A stretch of 45,296 bases of DNA from Chthoniobacterales bacterium (GCA_040880825.1 JBBEEK010000020.1:1-45296); one strand, 5' to 3'. Positions 35,392 through 44,965 are shown, counted from the first letter of the stretch. The notes: generated from the sequence alone by a model not told the origin. Made by a program: numbers and translations.

Positions 35392-38133
35392 ATGAGCCAA
35401 TCCGTTGCGGGGAACTGGAACTCCGAATTACTCGAGCAAAACTACGAATGCTGGAAGCAGGATGCCGCTTCCGTCACGCCGGAGTGGAACGCCTTCTTTG
35501 AGGGATTCGAGCTGGGCCTGACGCAATCCGAGGAACTGGCCGAGGGTTCCCGGGCCGTCGTGCCCGAGGACGCCGCGTTGGAACGGCGCGCCGATTCGCT
35601 GGCTTACGCCTACCGCACGCTCGGCCACACCATCGCGCATCTCGACCCGCTGGCTCCTGAACCGCCGGAAAACCCGCTGCTCTCGCTCAAGTCCATCGGT
35701 TTCGCCGAGAGCGACCTCGAGCGCACTGTGGCCTCGAAATATTTCCGCGACGGCAAACCGATGTTGCTGCGCGAAATGATCTCCGAGCTCCGCGACATCT
35801 ACAGCGACACGATCGGCGCCGAGTTCATGCACATCCAGGATCCGCGGATGCGCAACTGGATCCGCGAGCGTATGGAAAACCGCGGCGACGGCAACCGTGC
35901 CGACGCCGCCCTGCACCGCGCCATCCTCCGCCAACTTTACGAGGCCGAGACTTTCGAGCATTTCCTCCACACACGTTATGTCGGACAAAAACGCTTCTCC
36001 CTCGAGGGCGCCGAGTCATTGCTCGTCATTCTCGACACCATCCTGCAACGCTGCGAGCCGTGCCAAGTCGAAGAGATCGTCATGGGCATGGCCCACCGCG
36101 GACGCCTCAATGTCTTGGCCAACTTCCTGAGCAAGCCGCTGACCCTCATCTTCAACGAATTTTCGGAGAACTTTGTCCCTGACGTGGTGGGCGGCAATGG
36201 CGACGTGAAATACCACCTCGGGTATCTGGCCGAACGCCAGACGGCCACCGGCCACAAAGTCATCGTCCGCCTCGCGCCCAACCCGAGCCACCTTGAAGCC
36301 GTCGATCCCGTGGTCGAAGGCATGGCCCGCGCCCGCCAGCGCATCCTCGGCGACACGGAGAACCGCCAAAAAGTCCTGCCGCTCCTCATCCACGGCGATG
36401 CCGCCTTCGCCGGCCAGGGCATCGTCGCCGAAGTGTTCAACATGTCGCAGCTTCCCGGCTACAAAACCGGCGGCACCGTCCACATCATCGTCAACAACCA
36501 GATTGGCTTCACCACGCTCCCGGCCGACGCGCGCTCCAGCCTCTACCCGACCGACGTGGCGAAAATGATCGAAGCGCCGATTTTCCACGTCAACGCCGAG
36601 GATCCGCTGGCCGTCGCCACTGTCGCGCAACTCGCGCTCGATTTCCGCCAGGAATTCGCCCGCGATGTCGTCGTCGATCTTTACTGCTACCGCCGTCACG
36701 GACACAACGAAGGCGACGAACCGACCTTCACGCAGCCGCACCTTTACAACGCGATCAACAAACATCCGCTGCCCAGCGAGATCTTCGTCAACGAACTGGC
36801 CGCCCTCGGCACGGTCACTCCCGCCGAAGCCGCCGCGATCAAGAAAGAGGCGGCCGCCGACCTCGAAGAGGCGTTTGATATCGTCAAAAAAACCGAGAGC
36901 GAGCGGCAGGAAGGCGGACGCTTCGCCGGATCTACCGCCGTCTTTCAACCCCCGTATTCCTACGAACCGGTCCACACCGCGATCAGCGCGGACATGTTGC
37001 GCGAAGTGGTGGAGGGACTATGCCGCGTGCCGGAGGGATTTCATATTTTGCCCAAAGTCCGCCGCATGCTTATCGACCGTCGTCTCGAGATTCTGCGCGA
37101 CGGCGGTCCCTACGACTGGTCTTTCAGCGAAGCGCTCGCTTTCGGATCGCTTCTCCTCGGAGGCACGCCGGTGCGTCTCTCCGGGCAGGACAGCCGCCGC
37201 GGCACTTTCAGCCAGCGGCACTCGACTTTTTATGACGCCGAGCAGCGCGTCGACCACGTGCCGCTCAACCATCTCAAGGAGGGTCAGGCCCGTTTCTGCG
37301 TCTACAACAGTCTTTTGAGTGAAGCCGCCGTGCTTGGCTTCGACTACGGTTACTCTCTCGATTACCCGGAAATGCTCTGCCTGTGGGAGGCGCAGTTCGG
37401 CGACTTCGCCAACGGCGCGCAGGTCATCATCGACCAGTTCATCGCCTCGGCCGAGTCCAAATGGCAACGTCCCAGCTCACTCGTCATGCTCCTGCCGCAC
37501 GGCTACGAGGGTCAGGGCCCCGAGCACTCCAGCGCGCGGCTCGAACGGTTTCTGCAACTTTGTGCGGACAACAACATGCAGATCTGCAACCTCACCACGC
37601 CCGCGCAATACTTCCATGCCCTGCGCCGCCAGATCCATCGCGACTACCGCAAGCCGCTGGTCATTATGACGCCCAAAAGCCTCCTGCGTCATCCGCTGGT
37701 GGCCTCCAAGCAGGACAATTTCACCAAGGGCCGCTTTTACGCCATCCTCGCCGATCCGTTGCCGGAGAACCGCGAGCAGATCACGCGGGTCGTCCTCTGC
37801 TCCGGGAAAGTTTATTACGACCTCAAGGTCGAGCAGGAGAAACGGGGCGCGACCGACACGACCATCATGCGCGTCGAGCAGCTTTACCCGCTCCACACCG
37901 AGAAAATCAAACGCATCATCAGCAGCTGCCCGAACCTCAAGCGCATCGTCTGGTGCCAGGAAGAACCGCAGAACATGGGGGCGTGGTTTTACATGGCGAT
38001 GAAGCTGCGCGAACTCTTCGGCTGCAGCGTGTCCTATGCCGGCCGTCCCGAAAGCCCCAGCTCGGCGGTCGGCGCGCTCGCCATCCATCGCCATCAACAA
38101 GCGGAACTCGTCAGCCGCGCCTTCGAAGTGTAG
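35392..38133 (+). CDS. sucA: 2-oxoglutarate dehydrogenase E1 component
   Basis: 913 aa from ATG 35392 (track TTG 35374). ThDP region LLIHGDAAFAGQGIVAE. Full-length resemblance to SucA. Confidence 0.93.
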   Translation: MSQSVAGNWNSELLEQNYECWKQDAASVTPEWNAFFEGFELGLTQSEELAEGSRAVVPEDAALERRADSLAYAYRTLGHTIAHLDPLAPEPPENPLLSLKSIGFAESDLERTVASKYFRDGKPMLLREMISELRDIYSDTIGAEFMHIQDPRMRNWIRERMENRGDGNRADAALHRAILRQLYEAETFEHFLHTRYVGQKRFSLEGAESLLVILDTILQRCEPCQVEEIVMGMAHRGRLNVLANFLSKPLTLIFNEFSENFVPDVVGGNGDVKYHLGYLAERQTATGHKVIVRLAPNPSHLEAVDPVVEGMARARQRILGDTENRQKVLPLLIHGDAAFAGQGIVAEVFNMSQLPGYKTGGTVHIIVNNQIGFTTLPADARSSLYPTDVAKMIEAPIFHVNAEDPLAVATVAQLALDFRQEFARDVVVDLYCYRRHGHNEGDEPTFTQPHLYNAINKHPLPSEIFVNELAALGTVTPAEAAAIKKEAAADLEEAFDIVKKTESERQEGGRFAGSTAVFQPPYSYEPVHTAISADMLREVVEGLCRVPEGFHILPKVRRMLIDRRLEILRDGGPYDWSFSEALAFGSLLLGGTPVRLSGQDSRRGTFSQRHSTFYDAEQRVDHVPLNHLKEGQARFCVYNSLLSEAAVLGFDYGYSLDYPEMLCLWEAQFGDFANGAQVIIDQFIASAESKWQRPSSLVMLLPHGYEGQGPEHSSARLERFLQLCADNNMQICNLTTPAQYFHALRRQIHRDYRKPLVIMTPKSLLRHPLVASKQDNFTKGRFYAILADPLPENREQITRVVLCSGKVYYDLKVEQEKRGATDTTIMRVEQLYPLHTEKIKRIISSCPNLKRIVWCQEEPQNMGAWFYMAMKLRELFGCSVSYAGRPESPSSAVGALAIHRHQQAELVSRAFEV

Positions 38134-38145
38134 GTTGTCGGATTC

Positions 38146-39237
38146 ATGAGCGCCGAAATCAAGGTCCCCGCTGTCGGGGAATCCATTTCCTCCGGAATCA
38201 TCTCCCTCTGGCACCGGCAGGACGGCGATTACGTGCGCACCGGCGATCTCCTCTTCACGCTCGATACCGACAAAGTTTCCACCGAAGTCGCGGCCCAGGC
38301 TGCCGGCGTGGTCCGCATCAAAATTCCCGCCGACCAAGAAGTCAAAATCGGCGCCGTCGTCGGCCTCATCGAAGAAGCCCCCGAGCCCGCCGTGGCTCCC
38401 GCCGCGCCTCCCGCTGTCGCGGCACCGTCCGCGTCGCCGTCCGTTTCGATCCCCGCTCCCGCCACCCCCTCTGCTCCGTCCACTCCAGTTCTGCCCGCCC
38501 CCGCCGCCCCCGTCGCACTCGAACCGCAGGACCGCCGCGTGACCCGCAAAAAGCTTTCTCCGCTGCGCAAAAAGATCTCCATGCAGTTGGTCTCCGCCCA
38601 GCGCAACGCCGCGATCCTCACGACTTTCAACGAATGCGACATGGCGGCCGTCATGAAATTGCGTGCCGACGTGCAGGAAACCTTCCAAGCCCGCTACGGC
38701 ATCAAGCTCGGCTTCATGTCCTTCTTCATCAAAGCCGTGGTCGACGCCCTACGGACCGAACCGCAGCTCAATTCCCGCCTCGACGGCGAGGAGCTTGTGC
38801 AAAACCATTTTTATGACATCGGTGTGGCCGTCGGCACCGAGCGCGGTCTCATCGTGCCAGTCATCCGCGATGCCGACCGCAAAACGTTTCCCGAACTGGA
38901 GAACGACCTCGCCTACTACGCCAAAAAAGCACGCGATGGCGCCATCACTCTCGACGACCTGCAAGGCGGCGTCTTCACCATCTCCAACGGTGGTGTCTAC
39001 GGCTCGCTGCTCAGCACGCCCATCCTCAATCCCCCGCAGAGCGGCATCCTTGGCATGCACAAAATCCAGGAACGCCCGGTCGCCCTCGACGGCCAGGTGG
39101 TCATCCGCCCGATGATGTATCTGGCCCTCAGTTACGATCACCGCGTGGTTGACGGCAAAGAGGCGGTTACTTTCCTCGTGCGGGTCAAAGAAGCCATCGA
39201 GAACCCGCTGCGGCTTTTCCTCGGAGAAAACCAATGA
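38146..39237 (+). CDS. sucB: dihydrolipoyllysine-residue succinyltransferase (E2o)
   Basis: Lipoyl domain with [11 protein letters not shown], Pro/Ala linker, catalytic domain with SYDHRVVDG. 363 aa. Confidence 0.92.
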   Translation: MSAEIKVPAVGESISSGIISLWHRQDGDYVRTGDLLFTLDTDKVSTEVAAQAAGVVRIKIPADQEVKIGAVVGLIEEAPEPAVAPAAPPAVAAPSASPSVSIPAPATPSAPSTPVLPAPAAPVALEPQDRRVTRKKLSPLRKKISMQLVSAQRNAAILTTFNECDMAAVMKLRADVQETFQARYGIKLGFMSFFIKAVVDALRTEPQLNSRLDGEELVQNHFYDIGVAVGTERGLIVPVIRDADRKTFPELENDLAYYAKKARDGAITLDDLQGGVFTISNGGVYGSLLSTPILNPPQSGILGMHKIQERPVALDGQVVIRPMMYLALSYDHRVVDGKEAVTFLVRVKEAIENPLRLFLGENQ

Positions 39238-39896
39238 ACCGCGCGGCCGCCGGCCTGCTGTTTTTTTTCCTCGCGGGCGCTCCGCTGGCAGCGCAGGAAA
39301 AGGCCGCCGCGCCGTCCGACGATCCGCTCCTCCTGCAGCGCCGGCTGGCCATGGTGCTGCGTCAATCGACCAAGCATTACGAAGCCGGCGAATACCAGGC
39401 AGCCCTCGACCGCCTCGGTGCCTTGCCGGGCGCGCTCGGACAAGATCTCAGCGCGCTCAACCTTCGCGGTGCCATCCTGACCAAAACCGGCAACTACGCC
39501 GAAGCGCTGCAAATTTTCGAAGCCATCCTCGCCACCGATCCGAATTATTTCCCCGCGGCTTTCAACCTCGGCGAGGTGCAGTTCGTGCAGGGCAACCACG
39601 CGGGGGCGCTCGACACTTTCCAGCGTATCCGCCGCCGTGACCCGCGCAACGAACTGGTGCGTTTCAAAGTCCTGCTCTGCCACCTGATGCTCGGCCAGCA
39701 GGACGAAGCGGAGCGGCTGGCTGCCGGTCTGATCCCGGCCGGAAGCACGCCGGCCTGGTATTACGCGCAGGCCATGCTGGCCCGCAAAACCGGCGACGAG
39801 GCGCGCGCCCGCAAACATCTCTCGATGGCCCGCTCGATCTACGAGGACGATGGCTGCAAGCTCTTCGACGATTCGCTGACCAACGTGAAATTCTGA
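39234..39896 (+). CDS. secreted tetratricopeptide-repeat protein
   Basis: Signal peptide [22 protein letters not shown] and several TPR-like helical pairs ([43 protein letters not shown]). ATGA overlap with the sucB stop. Confidence 0.7.
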   Translation: MNRAAAGLLFFFLAGAPLAAQEKAAAPSDDPLLLQRRLAMVLRQSTKHYEAGEYQAALDRLGALPGALGQDLSALNLRGAILTKTGNYAEALQIFEAILATDPNYFPAAFNLGEVQFVQGNHAGALDTFQRIRRRDPRNELVRFKVLLCHLMLGQQDEAERLAAGLIPAGSTPAWYYAQAMLARKTGDEARARKHLSMARSIYEDDGCKLFDDSLTNVKF

Positions 39897-39908
39897 CCGG
39901 ACCGGCCT

Positions 39909-40514
39909 TCACGGATTTTCCAACCGGTCGCCGCGCCCGCGGTAATAGTCGTAACGCCCGCGCACCGCGGCGACGTAAGCGCGCGTGCTCGCGATGTCCA
40001 TGGCCTCGCGCAGTTCCTCGGCCGAGATCTGCTCGCCGCGCGACCAGCGGTTGACGCGGCTGCGTCCGGCGTTGTATTCGCCGAGCGCGAAAGGCAGCGG
40101 CTCTTGCTGGCCGGACCAATGTTTGAGGGCCCGCCCCAGATACCAGGTGCCGACTTCGATATTGGTTTTCGGATCGAGCAAGTCGGTGGGCACAAATGTT
40201 TCGATGCCCTCGGCTTTGACCCAGTCCTGGGCTGCCGGCTCGGTGACCTGCATGAGTCCGCGTTCGCCGTGGCCGCCGAGTTTGTCCGGATGGAACCGGC
40301 TTTCCTGCCAGATGACCGCTTTGACCAGCAGCGGATCGACCCCGTGGCGCGCGGCGACTGTCGCGATCTCGTCGTCGTAGGCGGCGTAGCGTCCGAAGCT
40401 CAGCCACTCGGCCAGCCGGTAGGCGGGATCTTTTTCCCGCAGCAGGAAAACGCCGGCCCCGACGGCGAAGAGCAAGGCGAGCAGGCCGAAAAGCCGGATG
40501 ACGTGCTTCGACAT
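39909..40514 (-). CDS. SLT-domain lytic transglycosylase, membrane-anchored
   Basis: N-terminal TM helix. Catalytic WQESRF, GLMQV, EYNAG motifs. Confidence 0.85.
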   Translation of the reverse strand: MSKHVIRLFGLLALLFAVGAGVFLLREKDPAYRLAEWLSFGRYAAYDDEIATVAARHGVDPLLVKAVIWQESRFHPDKLGGHGERGLMQVTEPAAQDWVKAEGIETFVPTDLLDPKTNIEVGTWYLGRALKHWSGQQEPLPFALGEYNAGRSRVNRWSRGEQISAEELREAMDIASTRAYVAAVRGRYDYYRGRGDRLENP

Positions 40515-40666
40515 GATCCCCCAAGATAGCGCGCGGCGCGTCCCGCATCCAGCGCTATGGTGCCGCGCTGTGCTGTGCCTGTTTGAGAGAACGACCTTCG
40601 CCGGGGACAGCGACGCTACATCAGGTAGTTCTTGAGCGGATCATCGCGCCGGGCCGTCGCCGCGCC

Positions 40667-42238
40667 TCAGGGCCAGAGCGCGGCGTAGGCGCGGGCAAAG
40701 CGCGCGGTGGCGTCCGCGTCGGGCAGCACTTCGAGCAGCCGCGGTGTGCCGGCGGGTCCGCCTTGGCCCGGCGCGTGCATGGTGCCGTAGTGCCAGCCGA
40801 ACATTTCGGCCCAGCCGCGCAAGCGCAGGTCGTGGGCGTTGAGAAACGCGGGCTGACGGAACAGGCGCTCGAAAATTTGTCCCCCGCCATTGTTGATCAC
40901 CGCGAGGGTGATGTCCGCGGCGCCGAGTTGCGCGGATGGCCAAAGACCGGCGAGGTCGTAGAGGGCGGAGAGATCGCCGAGCAGGGCGGCGGCCGGGCGG
41001 TCGGGCCCGGCCAGACCCAATGCGGTCGAGACCAACCCGTCGATGCCGTTGACCCCGCGGTTGGCGTGGATGGTGCGTGTGTCCGCGGTGCGCGGGGCCG
41101 CGAGGTCCCATTCGCGGATGGGCAGGCTGTTGCCGAGGAACACGTGCGCGTCGGGCGGCAGGGTCGCGGCCAGGGCGCGCACCAGTGCGGCTTCGCTGCG
41201 CGGTTCAGCGGCGAGGATTTTTTCCAGGTGCCCGGCCGCGGCGCGATCGCGGGCCAAAAGTGGCGCGGTCTCGCCTCCGGCCGGGGCGAACGATCCGGCC
41301 AGTCCGGCAAAGAGCGACAACGGAACCACCGGGTCGCGGCGGGCCAGTCCCGGGAGATTGATGCGTGAGACATGCAGGACGGGCCAATCTTCGCATTCGC
41401 GCCAGAAACGCGGGGTGGGCACGCCGCCGAGACGCAGCACGCCATCGCAGGCCGTGCGGCATTCCGGCGTGAGCAGGATGCGTTCGCCGGCGTGCAGGCT
41501 GAATTCCTGCAGGGTGCGGTGTCCGCGCAATTGCGAGACGGCTTCGAGGTAAAGCGGGGAGGAAAGCGAGGCCAGCCACGGCGCAAGGCGCCGTGCTTCG
41601 TCGTCCTCGAGGGAAGAAACCAGCACGAGCGGACGACGCACGCGTCGGAAAAAATCCCCGACGATATCCCGCACCTCTGGCTCGTCCATCCACGGCTCCG
41701 GCGCGCACGGGGTGGATCGTTCCGGAGGGAGTGTCATAGTAACCGGCCCGTCGAGCAGCGGTTCGTCGAAGCAGGCATTGAGGTGCACCGGACCCTCCGG
41801 CAGCGCGTCCAGCTGGCCCGGCGCGTCGAGATCGATCACGGGGATCTGCGCGGCGGCGAAAAGCGGCAGTTGGTCGATCGTCTGGGGCGCGCCGGTGCCG
41901 CGCAGGCGGCGCGGGCGGTCGGCGGTCACGGCAACGAGGGGCCAGCCGGCCTGGCGGGCTTCGAGCAAGGCCGGCAGCAATTCCGCGGCGGCGGTGCCGG
42001 AGGTGGTGAGGACCGCGGCCGGGGCACCGTCGCGCCGGATGCGCCCCAGGGCGAAGAAGGCGGCGCTGCGTTCCTCGAAAAAAGTAACGACCTCGAACGC
42101 CTCGCGCGCGGCCTCGGCGGCGACGACCAACGGCGCGTTGCGTCCACCGGGACAGACACAGAGCGTGCGAACGCCGGCGGCGTGCAGGGTGGTGAGGATT
42201 TCCGCGGCCAACCGGCGGTTCGTCTCGGCCGCGCTCAA
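40667..42238 (-). CDS. menD: 2-succinyl-5-enolpyruvyl-6-hydroxy-3-cyclohexene-1-carboxylate synthase
   Basis: ThDP motif LGDLSALYDL...AVINNGGGQIF. N-terminus NRRLAAEILTTLHAAGVRTLCVCPGGRNAPL. Proposed TTG start at 42238 overlaps the menF stop (TTGA). The track start 42358 lies inside menF. Confidence 0.83.
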   Translation of the reverse strand: MSAAETNRRLAAEILTTLHAAGVRTLCVCPGGRNAPLVVAAEAAREAFEVVTFFEERSAAFFALGRIRRDGAPAAVLTTSGTAAAELLPALLEARQAGWPLVAVTADRPRRLRGTGAPQTIDQLPLFAAAQIPVIDLDAPGQLDALPEGPVHLNACFDEPLLDGPVTMTLPPERSTPCAPEPWMDEPEVRDIVGDFFRRVRRPLVLVSSLEDDEARRLAPWLASLSSPLYLEAVSQLRGHRTLQEFSLHAGERILLTPECRTACDGVLRLGGVPTPRFWRECEDWPVLHVSRINLPGLARRDPVVPLSLFAGLAGSFAPAGGETAPLLARDRAAAGHLEKILAAEPRSEAALVRALAATLPPDAHVFLGNSLPIREWDLAAPRTADTRTIHANRGVNGIDGLVSTALGLAGPDRPAAALLGDLSALYDLAGLWPSAQLGAADITLAVINNGGGQIFERLFRQPAFLNAHDLRLRGWAEMFGWHYGTMHAPGQGGPAGTPRLLEVLPDADATARFARAYAALWP

Positions 42239-43332
42239 AGTCCGAGGTTGCCGCGGGTGGCGGTGAGTTTGAGCCGCAGTTCGGCCGTTTCGCGCTCCAA
42301 TAGGCTGCCGGGAACGAGTCCGCAACCGGCCCCGCAGCGGGCGGACGCGCCGTCCCACTGCACGTTGCGGATGGCGACCATGCAGCGTGCCGAGCCGCCG
42401 GGCAGCACCAGTCCAAAAGGTGCGGCGAAGCGTCCGCGCGGGGCGAGGTCGAAGCGTGTCACGGCTTCCAACGAAGTCTCGCGCGGCGCGGTGCCAACGG
42501 CCGGAGTGGGATGGAGGCGGCGCACCAGTTCGTCAAAGCCGGCCGGGGCTGCGGGGGTGACGCGCAGGTCGGTGCGCAGGTGCGAGAGGAGTCCGATACG
42601 CCACGGGCGGGTGGCGCCGTGGCTGACCGTGCCGAGCGGCGCGAGTTGCGCTTCGAGGTCTTCGAGCACGAGACGGTGCTCGGCGCGTTCTTTCGGGTCG
42701 TCCATCATGGTCTCCGGCGCGGCCCCGGCCCGCGCCGTGCCGGCCACGGCCATGGTGTGGATTTCCACGCCGTCATTTTCGAAGAGCAATTCCGGCGCGG
42801 CTCCGAGGATCCCGCCGTCGCTGTCCCACGTGCCGTAGGGCATGAGTCCGGATGGCAGATTGGCCAGCGCGCGCAGGGCGCGTTCGCGTTCGGCGGTGGT
42901 GAGCGGACCGTGGCTGTTTTCGAAAACGACGGGCACCGCCTTGCGCAGCGTCCCGCGTCGGAAGCCGGCTTGGGCCTCGCCGAAGCTCGCGGCGAAAGCG
43001 CGTTGGTCGAAAGATGTCCAGGTCCGCGCGGCGGCGGGCGCGGACAGTTCGCGGGCCAGCGCGTCGGGCGCCACGCCGGTGGCTTCCGGGTAAATCCTCC
43101 ACGGTGCCGGATCGGCCAGCAGGAAGTCGGGTGCGTAGAAGGATGGCCGGTCCGGATGCGGGTGCGGCGATTTCTGCGGTTCGCCCCAGCCGATGATCCA
43201 GAGATCTTCGGACCACGCAAAAATCGAGCCTTGGTCGAGCAGGGCGCGGATCTGGGCGGTCTGCGGGGCGCTGGCCCGCCAGCGGCCGAAGGTGGGCGCG
43301 TTGTCGGGGGTGGCCGGGGCGGTCGTCATCAC
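42235..43332 (-). CDS. menF: isochorismate synthase
   Basis: Chorismate-binding motifs GAAPELLF, KERAEHRLVLEDL, LHPTPAVGTAPRE. 365 aa. Immediately upstream of menD. Confidence 0.83.
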   Translation of the reverse strand: MMTTAPATPDNAPTFGRWRASAPQTAQIRALLDQGSIFAWSEDLWIIGWGEPQKSPHPHPDRPSFYAPDFLLADPAPWRIYPEATGVAPDALARELSAPAAARTWTSFDQRAFAASFGEAQAGFRRGTLRKAVPVVFENSHGPLTTAERERALRALANLPSGLMPYGTWDSDGGILGAAPELLFENDGVEIHTMAVAGTARAGAAPETMMDDPKERAEHRLVLEDLEAQLAPLGTVSHGATRPWRIGLLSHLRTDLRVTPAAPAGFDELVRRLHPTPAVGTAPRETSLEAVTRFDLAPRGRFAAPFGLVLPGGSARCMVAIRNVQWDGASARCGAGCGLVPGSLLERETAELRLKLTATRGNLGL

Positions 43333-43372
43333 GAAGAGTTACGTCCTCTGCCGGGGGCGGGGATTCGGTCCG

Positions 43373-43690
43373 TCAACGGCCCAGGACGCGTTCAGCCTCG
43401 AGCCAATCGCTTTCGGGGCCGCCGGGCAACCCGAGGTGGCGGCGGCGTTCGGCCAGGTAATAGGCCTTGAGGGCGATTTCCTCGTTGGTCACGCCGCCGA
43501 TGATTCCGATGATCTCGGTCCGGCCTGCGGTCCGGCGGGTCATGACGCGGGCCGGTGTGGCGGCCGCAGCGCGGGAGCGCGCGGCGGCGGGTTGACGAGC
43601 GGCGGCTTTCTTTTTCGTCGCGGTGGTTTTCTTCGTGCCGGCGGGTTTGCCGACGGCCTTTTTGGCGGATTTGGTCACTTTTTTAGGCAT
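43373..43690 (-). CDS. Lys/Ala-rich DUF2934 domain protein
   Basis: 105 aa. N-terminal KKxxK/AAA low-complexity segment. C-terminal IALKAYYLAERRRHLGLPGGPESDWLEAERVL matches the DUF2934 pattern. AAGGAG lies 7 nt upstream of the ATG. Confidence 0.7.
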   Translation of the reverse strand: MPKKVTKSAKKAVGKPAGTKKTTATKKKAAARQPAAARSRAAAATPARVMTRRTAGRTEIIGIIGGVTNEEIALKAYYLAERRRHLGLPGGPESDWLEAERVLGR

Positions 43691-43725
43691 GATGTGGCTC
43701 CTTGATCTGGGCTCATTAATCCGCA

Positions 43726-43750
43726 GGCCCGCGGGCGGGCCAAGTTTTTT
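43726..43750 (+). terminator. terminator-like hairpin plus T6 in a divergent intergenic region
   Basis: GGCCCGC-GG-GCGGGCC (43726-43741) followed by AAG and TTTTTT (43745-43750). No plus-strand gene lies upstream. Confidence 0.35.
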
Positions 43751-43788
43751 CGGCTTTTCCCGGATGCCGACAGGTTTAGGCTGGGGGG

Positions 43789-44217
43789 GTGGGCATTTCC
43801 TTGGCCGAGTTTTTCATCCGTTGGTTCGTCACGGCGGTGGCTGTTTTTGTCGCGGCCTGGATCGTGCCGGGCATCGAATACACGAGCTTCACCGGGCTGG
43901 CTTTTGCTTCGCTCTTGCTGGGTATCATCAACGCCTTGGTCCGTCCGGTTTTGCTCATCCTCTGCCTGCCGCTCATCCTCGTGACGATGGGATTGTTCAT
44001 CCTCGTCCTCAACGCGCTTTTGCTGTGGTTTGTCTCGGGCATCCTGCCCGGCAGTTCGTTCACCGTCGCCGGGTTCTGGGCGGCGTTCTGGGGCGCGCTG
44101 GTCATCAGCCTTATCAGCTGGATCCTCAGCGCGTTTTTCCGCGGCAGTGACGGACACATTTATCCGCTGACCCACCACACGGTGATCAAGCAGGCCCGCG
44201 GGCGGACGCTCGATTGA
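43789..44217 (+). CDS. DUF360 / phage holin family 4 membrane protein
   Basis: 142 aa with four hydrophobic segments and the pattern typical of Phage_holin_4_2 proteins. GTG start at 43789; TTG 43801 is an alternative. Confidence 0.68.
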   Translation: MGISLAEFFIRWFVTAVAVFVAAWIVPGIEYTSFTGLAFASLLLGIINALVRPVLLILCLPLILVTMGLFILVLNALLLWFVSGILPGSSFTVAGFWAAFWGALVISLISWILSAFFRGSDGHIYPLTHHTVIKQARGRTLD

Positions 44218-44219
44218 TT

Positions 44220-44885
44220 ATGGTTCCGGCGGGCTTGCGGCGCTGGCTGGGCGGCGGGCGGACGGGAGTAAAAGTCTGCGGGCTGACGCGCGAGGAGGAT
44301 GCGCTGGCCGCGGTCGATGCGGGCGTCGATGCGCTGGGATTTAATTTTTACGCGCGATCGAAACGCGCGGTGCGTTTGGAGGATATCGCCCCGTGGGTCG
44401 CACGGTTGCCGGCGGAGGTCGGACGCGTGGCGGTGCTCGTGCAGCCGGACGAACCTTTGCTACGCGTGCTGCGGGACTCGGGACTTTTCCACGCGCTGCA
44501 ATTCCACGGGGGCGAGGTGACGGACTTCTGCGCGCGGTGGGGTGGGGATTTTTATATCAAAGCGTGCCCGCTTCCGGATGAAGCCGCCGCCGCGGCGGCC
44601 GCGGCCGATCCGGCGCCCTGCGTCTTGCTCGATGCGCACGCGCCGGGTGTTTTCGGCGGCACGGGCCGGGTCATCGACTGGTCGTTGGCGGCAGGGGTGG
44701 TCCGCGCGGCGGGGCGCCCGGTGGTTTTGTCGGGCGGTTTGAACCCGGAGAACGTGGCCGCGGCGGTGGAGGCGGTGCGGCCGGTCGCCGTTGACACGGC
44801 CAGCGGCGTCGAGTCCGCGCCGGGGATCAAGGATGCGGATAAAATGCGGGCTTTGGTGGCGGCTGTCCGGACGGCAATACCTTGA
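44220..44885 (+). CDS. trpF: phosphoribosylanthranilate isomerase
   Basis: VKVCGLT, ALGFNFYARSKR, VLSGGLNPENV. ATG 44220 (track TTG 44214). Confidence 0.87.
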   Translation: MVPAGLRRWLGGGRTGVKVCGLTREEDALAAVDAGVDALGFNFYARSKRAVRLEDIAPWVARLPAEVGRVAVLVQPDEPLLRVLRDSGLFHALQFHGGEVTDFCARWGGDFYIKACPLPDEAAAAAAAADPAPCVLLDAHAPGVFGGTGRVIDWSLAAGVVRAAGRPVVLSGGLNPENVAAAVEAVRPVAVDTASGVESAPGIKDADKMRALVAAVRTAIP

Positions 44886-44965
44886 CAGCACGCTTTGGCA
44901 TCGCGGTGCGCCGGGTTCGGCGGGTCGGAGGGAGTAGATTTTGCTGCCACCGTGACATCGGGCAG

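Noticed and set aside
39261-39268. T8 homopolymer in the signal-peptide codons of the TPR gene, and a G7 run (43783-43789) at the DUF360 start, considered as slipped-strand phase-variation switches.
   Set aside because: Runs of 7 identical bases also occur inside conserved housekeeping genes here: T7 at 692-698, 5720-5726, 11378-11384 and 25548-25554, and A7 at 36886-36892. Such tracts are therefore not exceptional in this genome. The T8 is explained by a Phe-Phe-Phe segment.
43692-43788. Possible Trp-attenuator leader peptide upstream of the DUF360-trpF unit: ATG-TGG at 43692, followed by the terminator-like hairpin.
   Set aside because: The reading frame from 43692 does not stop before the hairpin. 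It runs on as a long shadow frame (part of track ORF 43623-44150). It has a single Trp codon, and trpF is not the first gene. This does not fit a leader-peptide attenuator.
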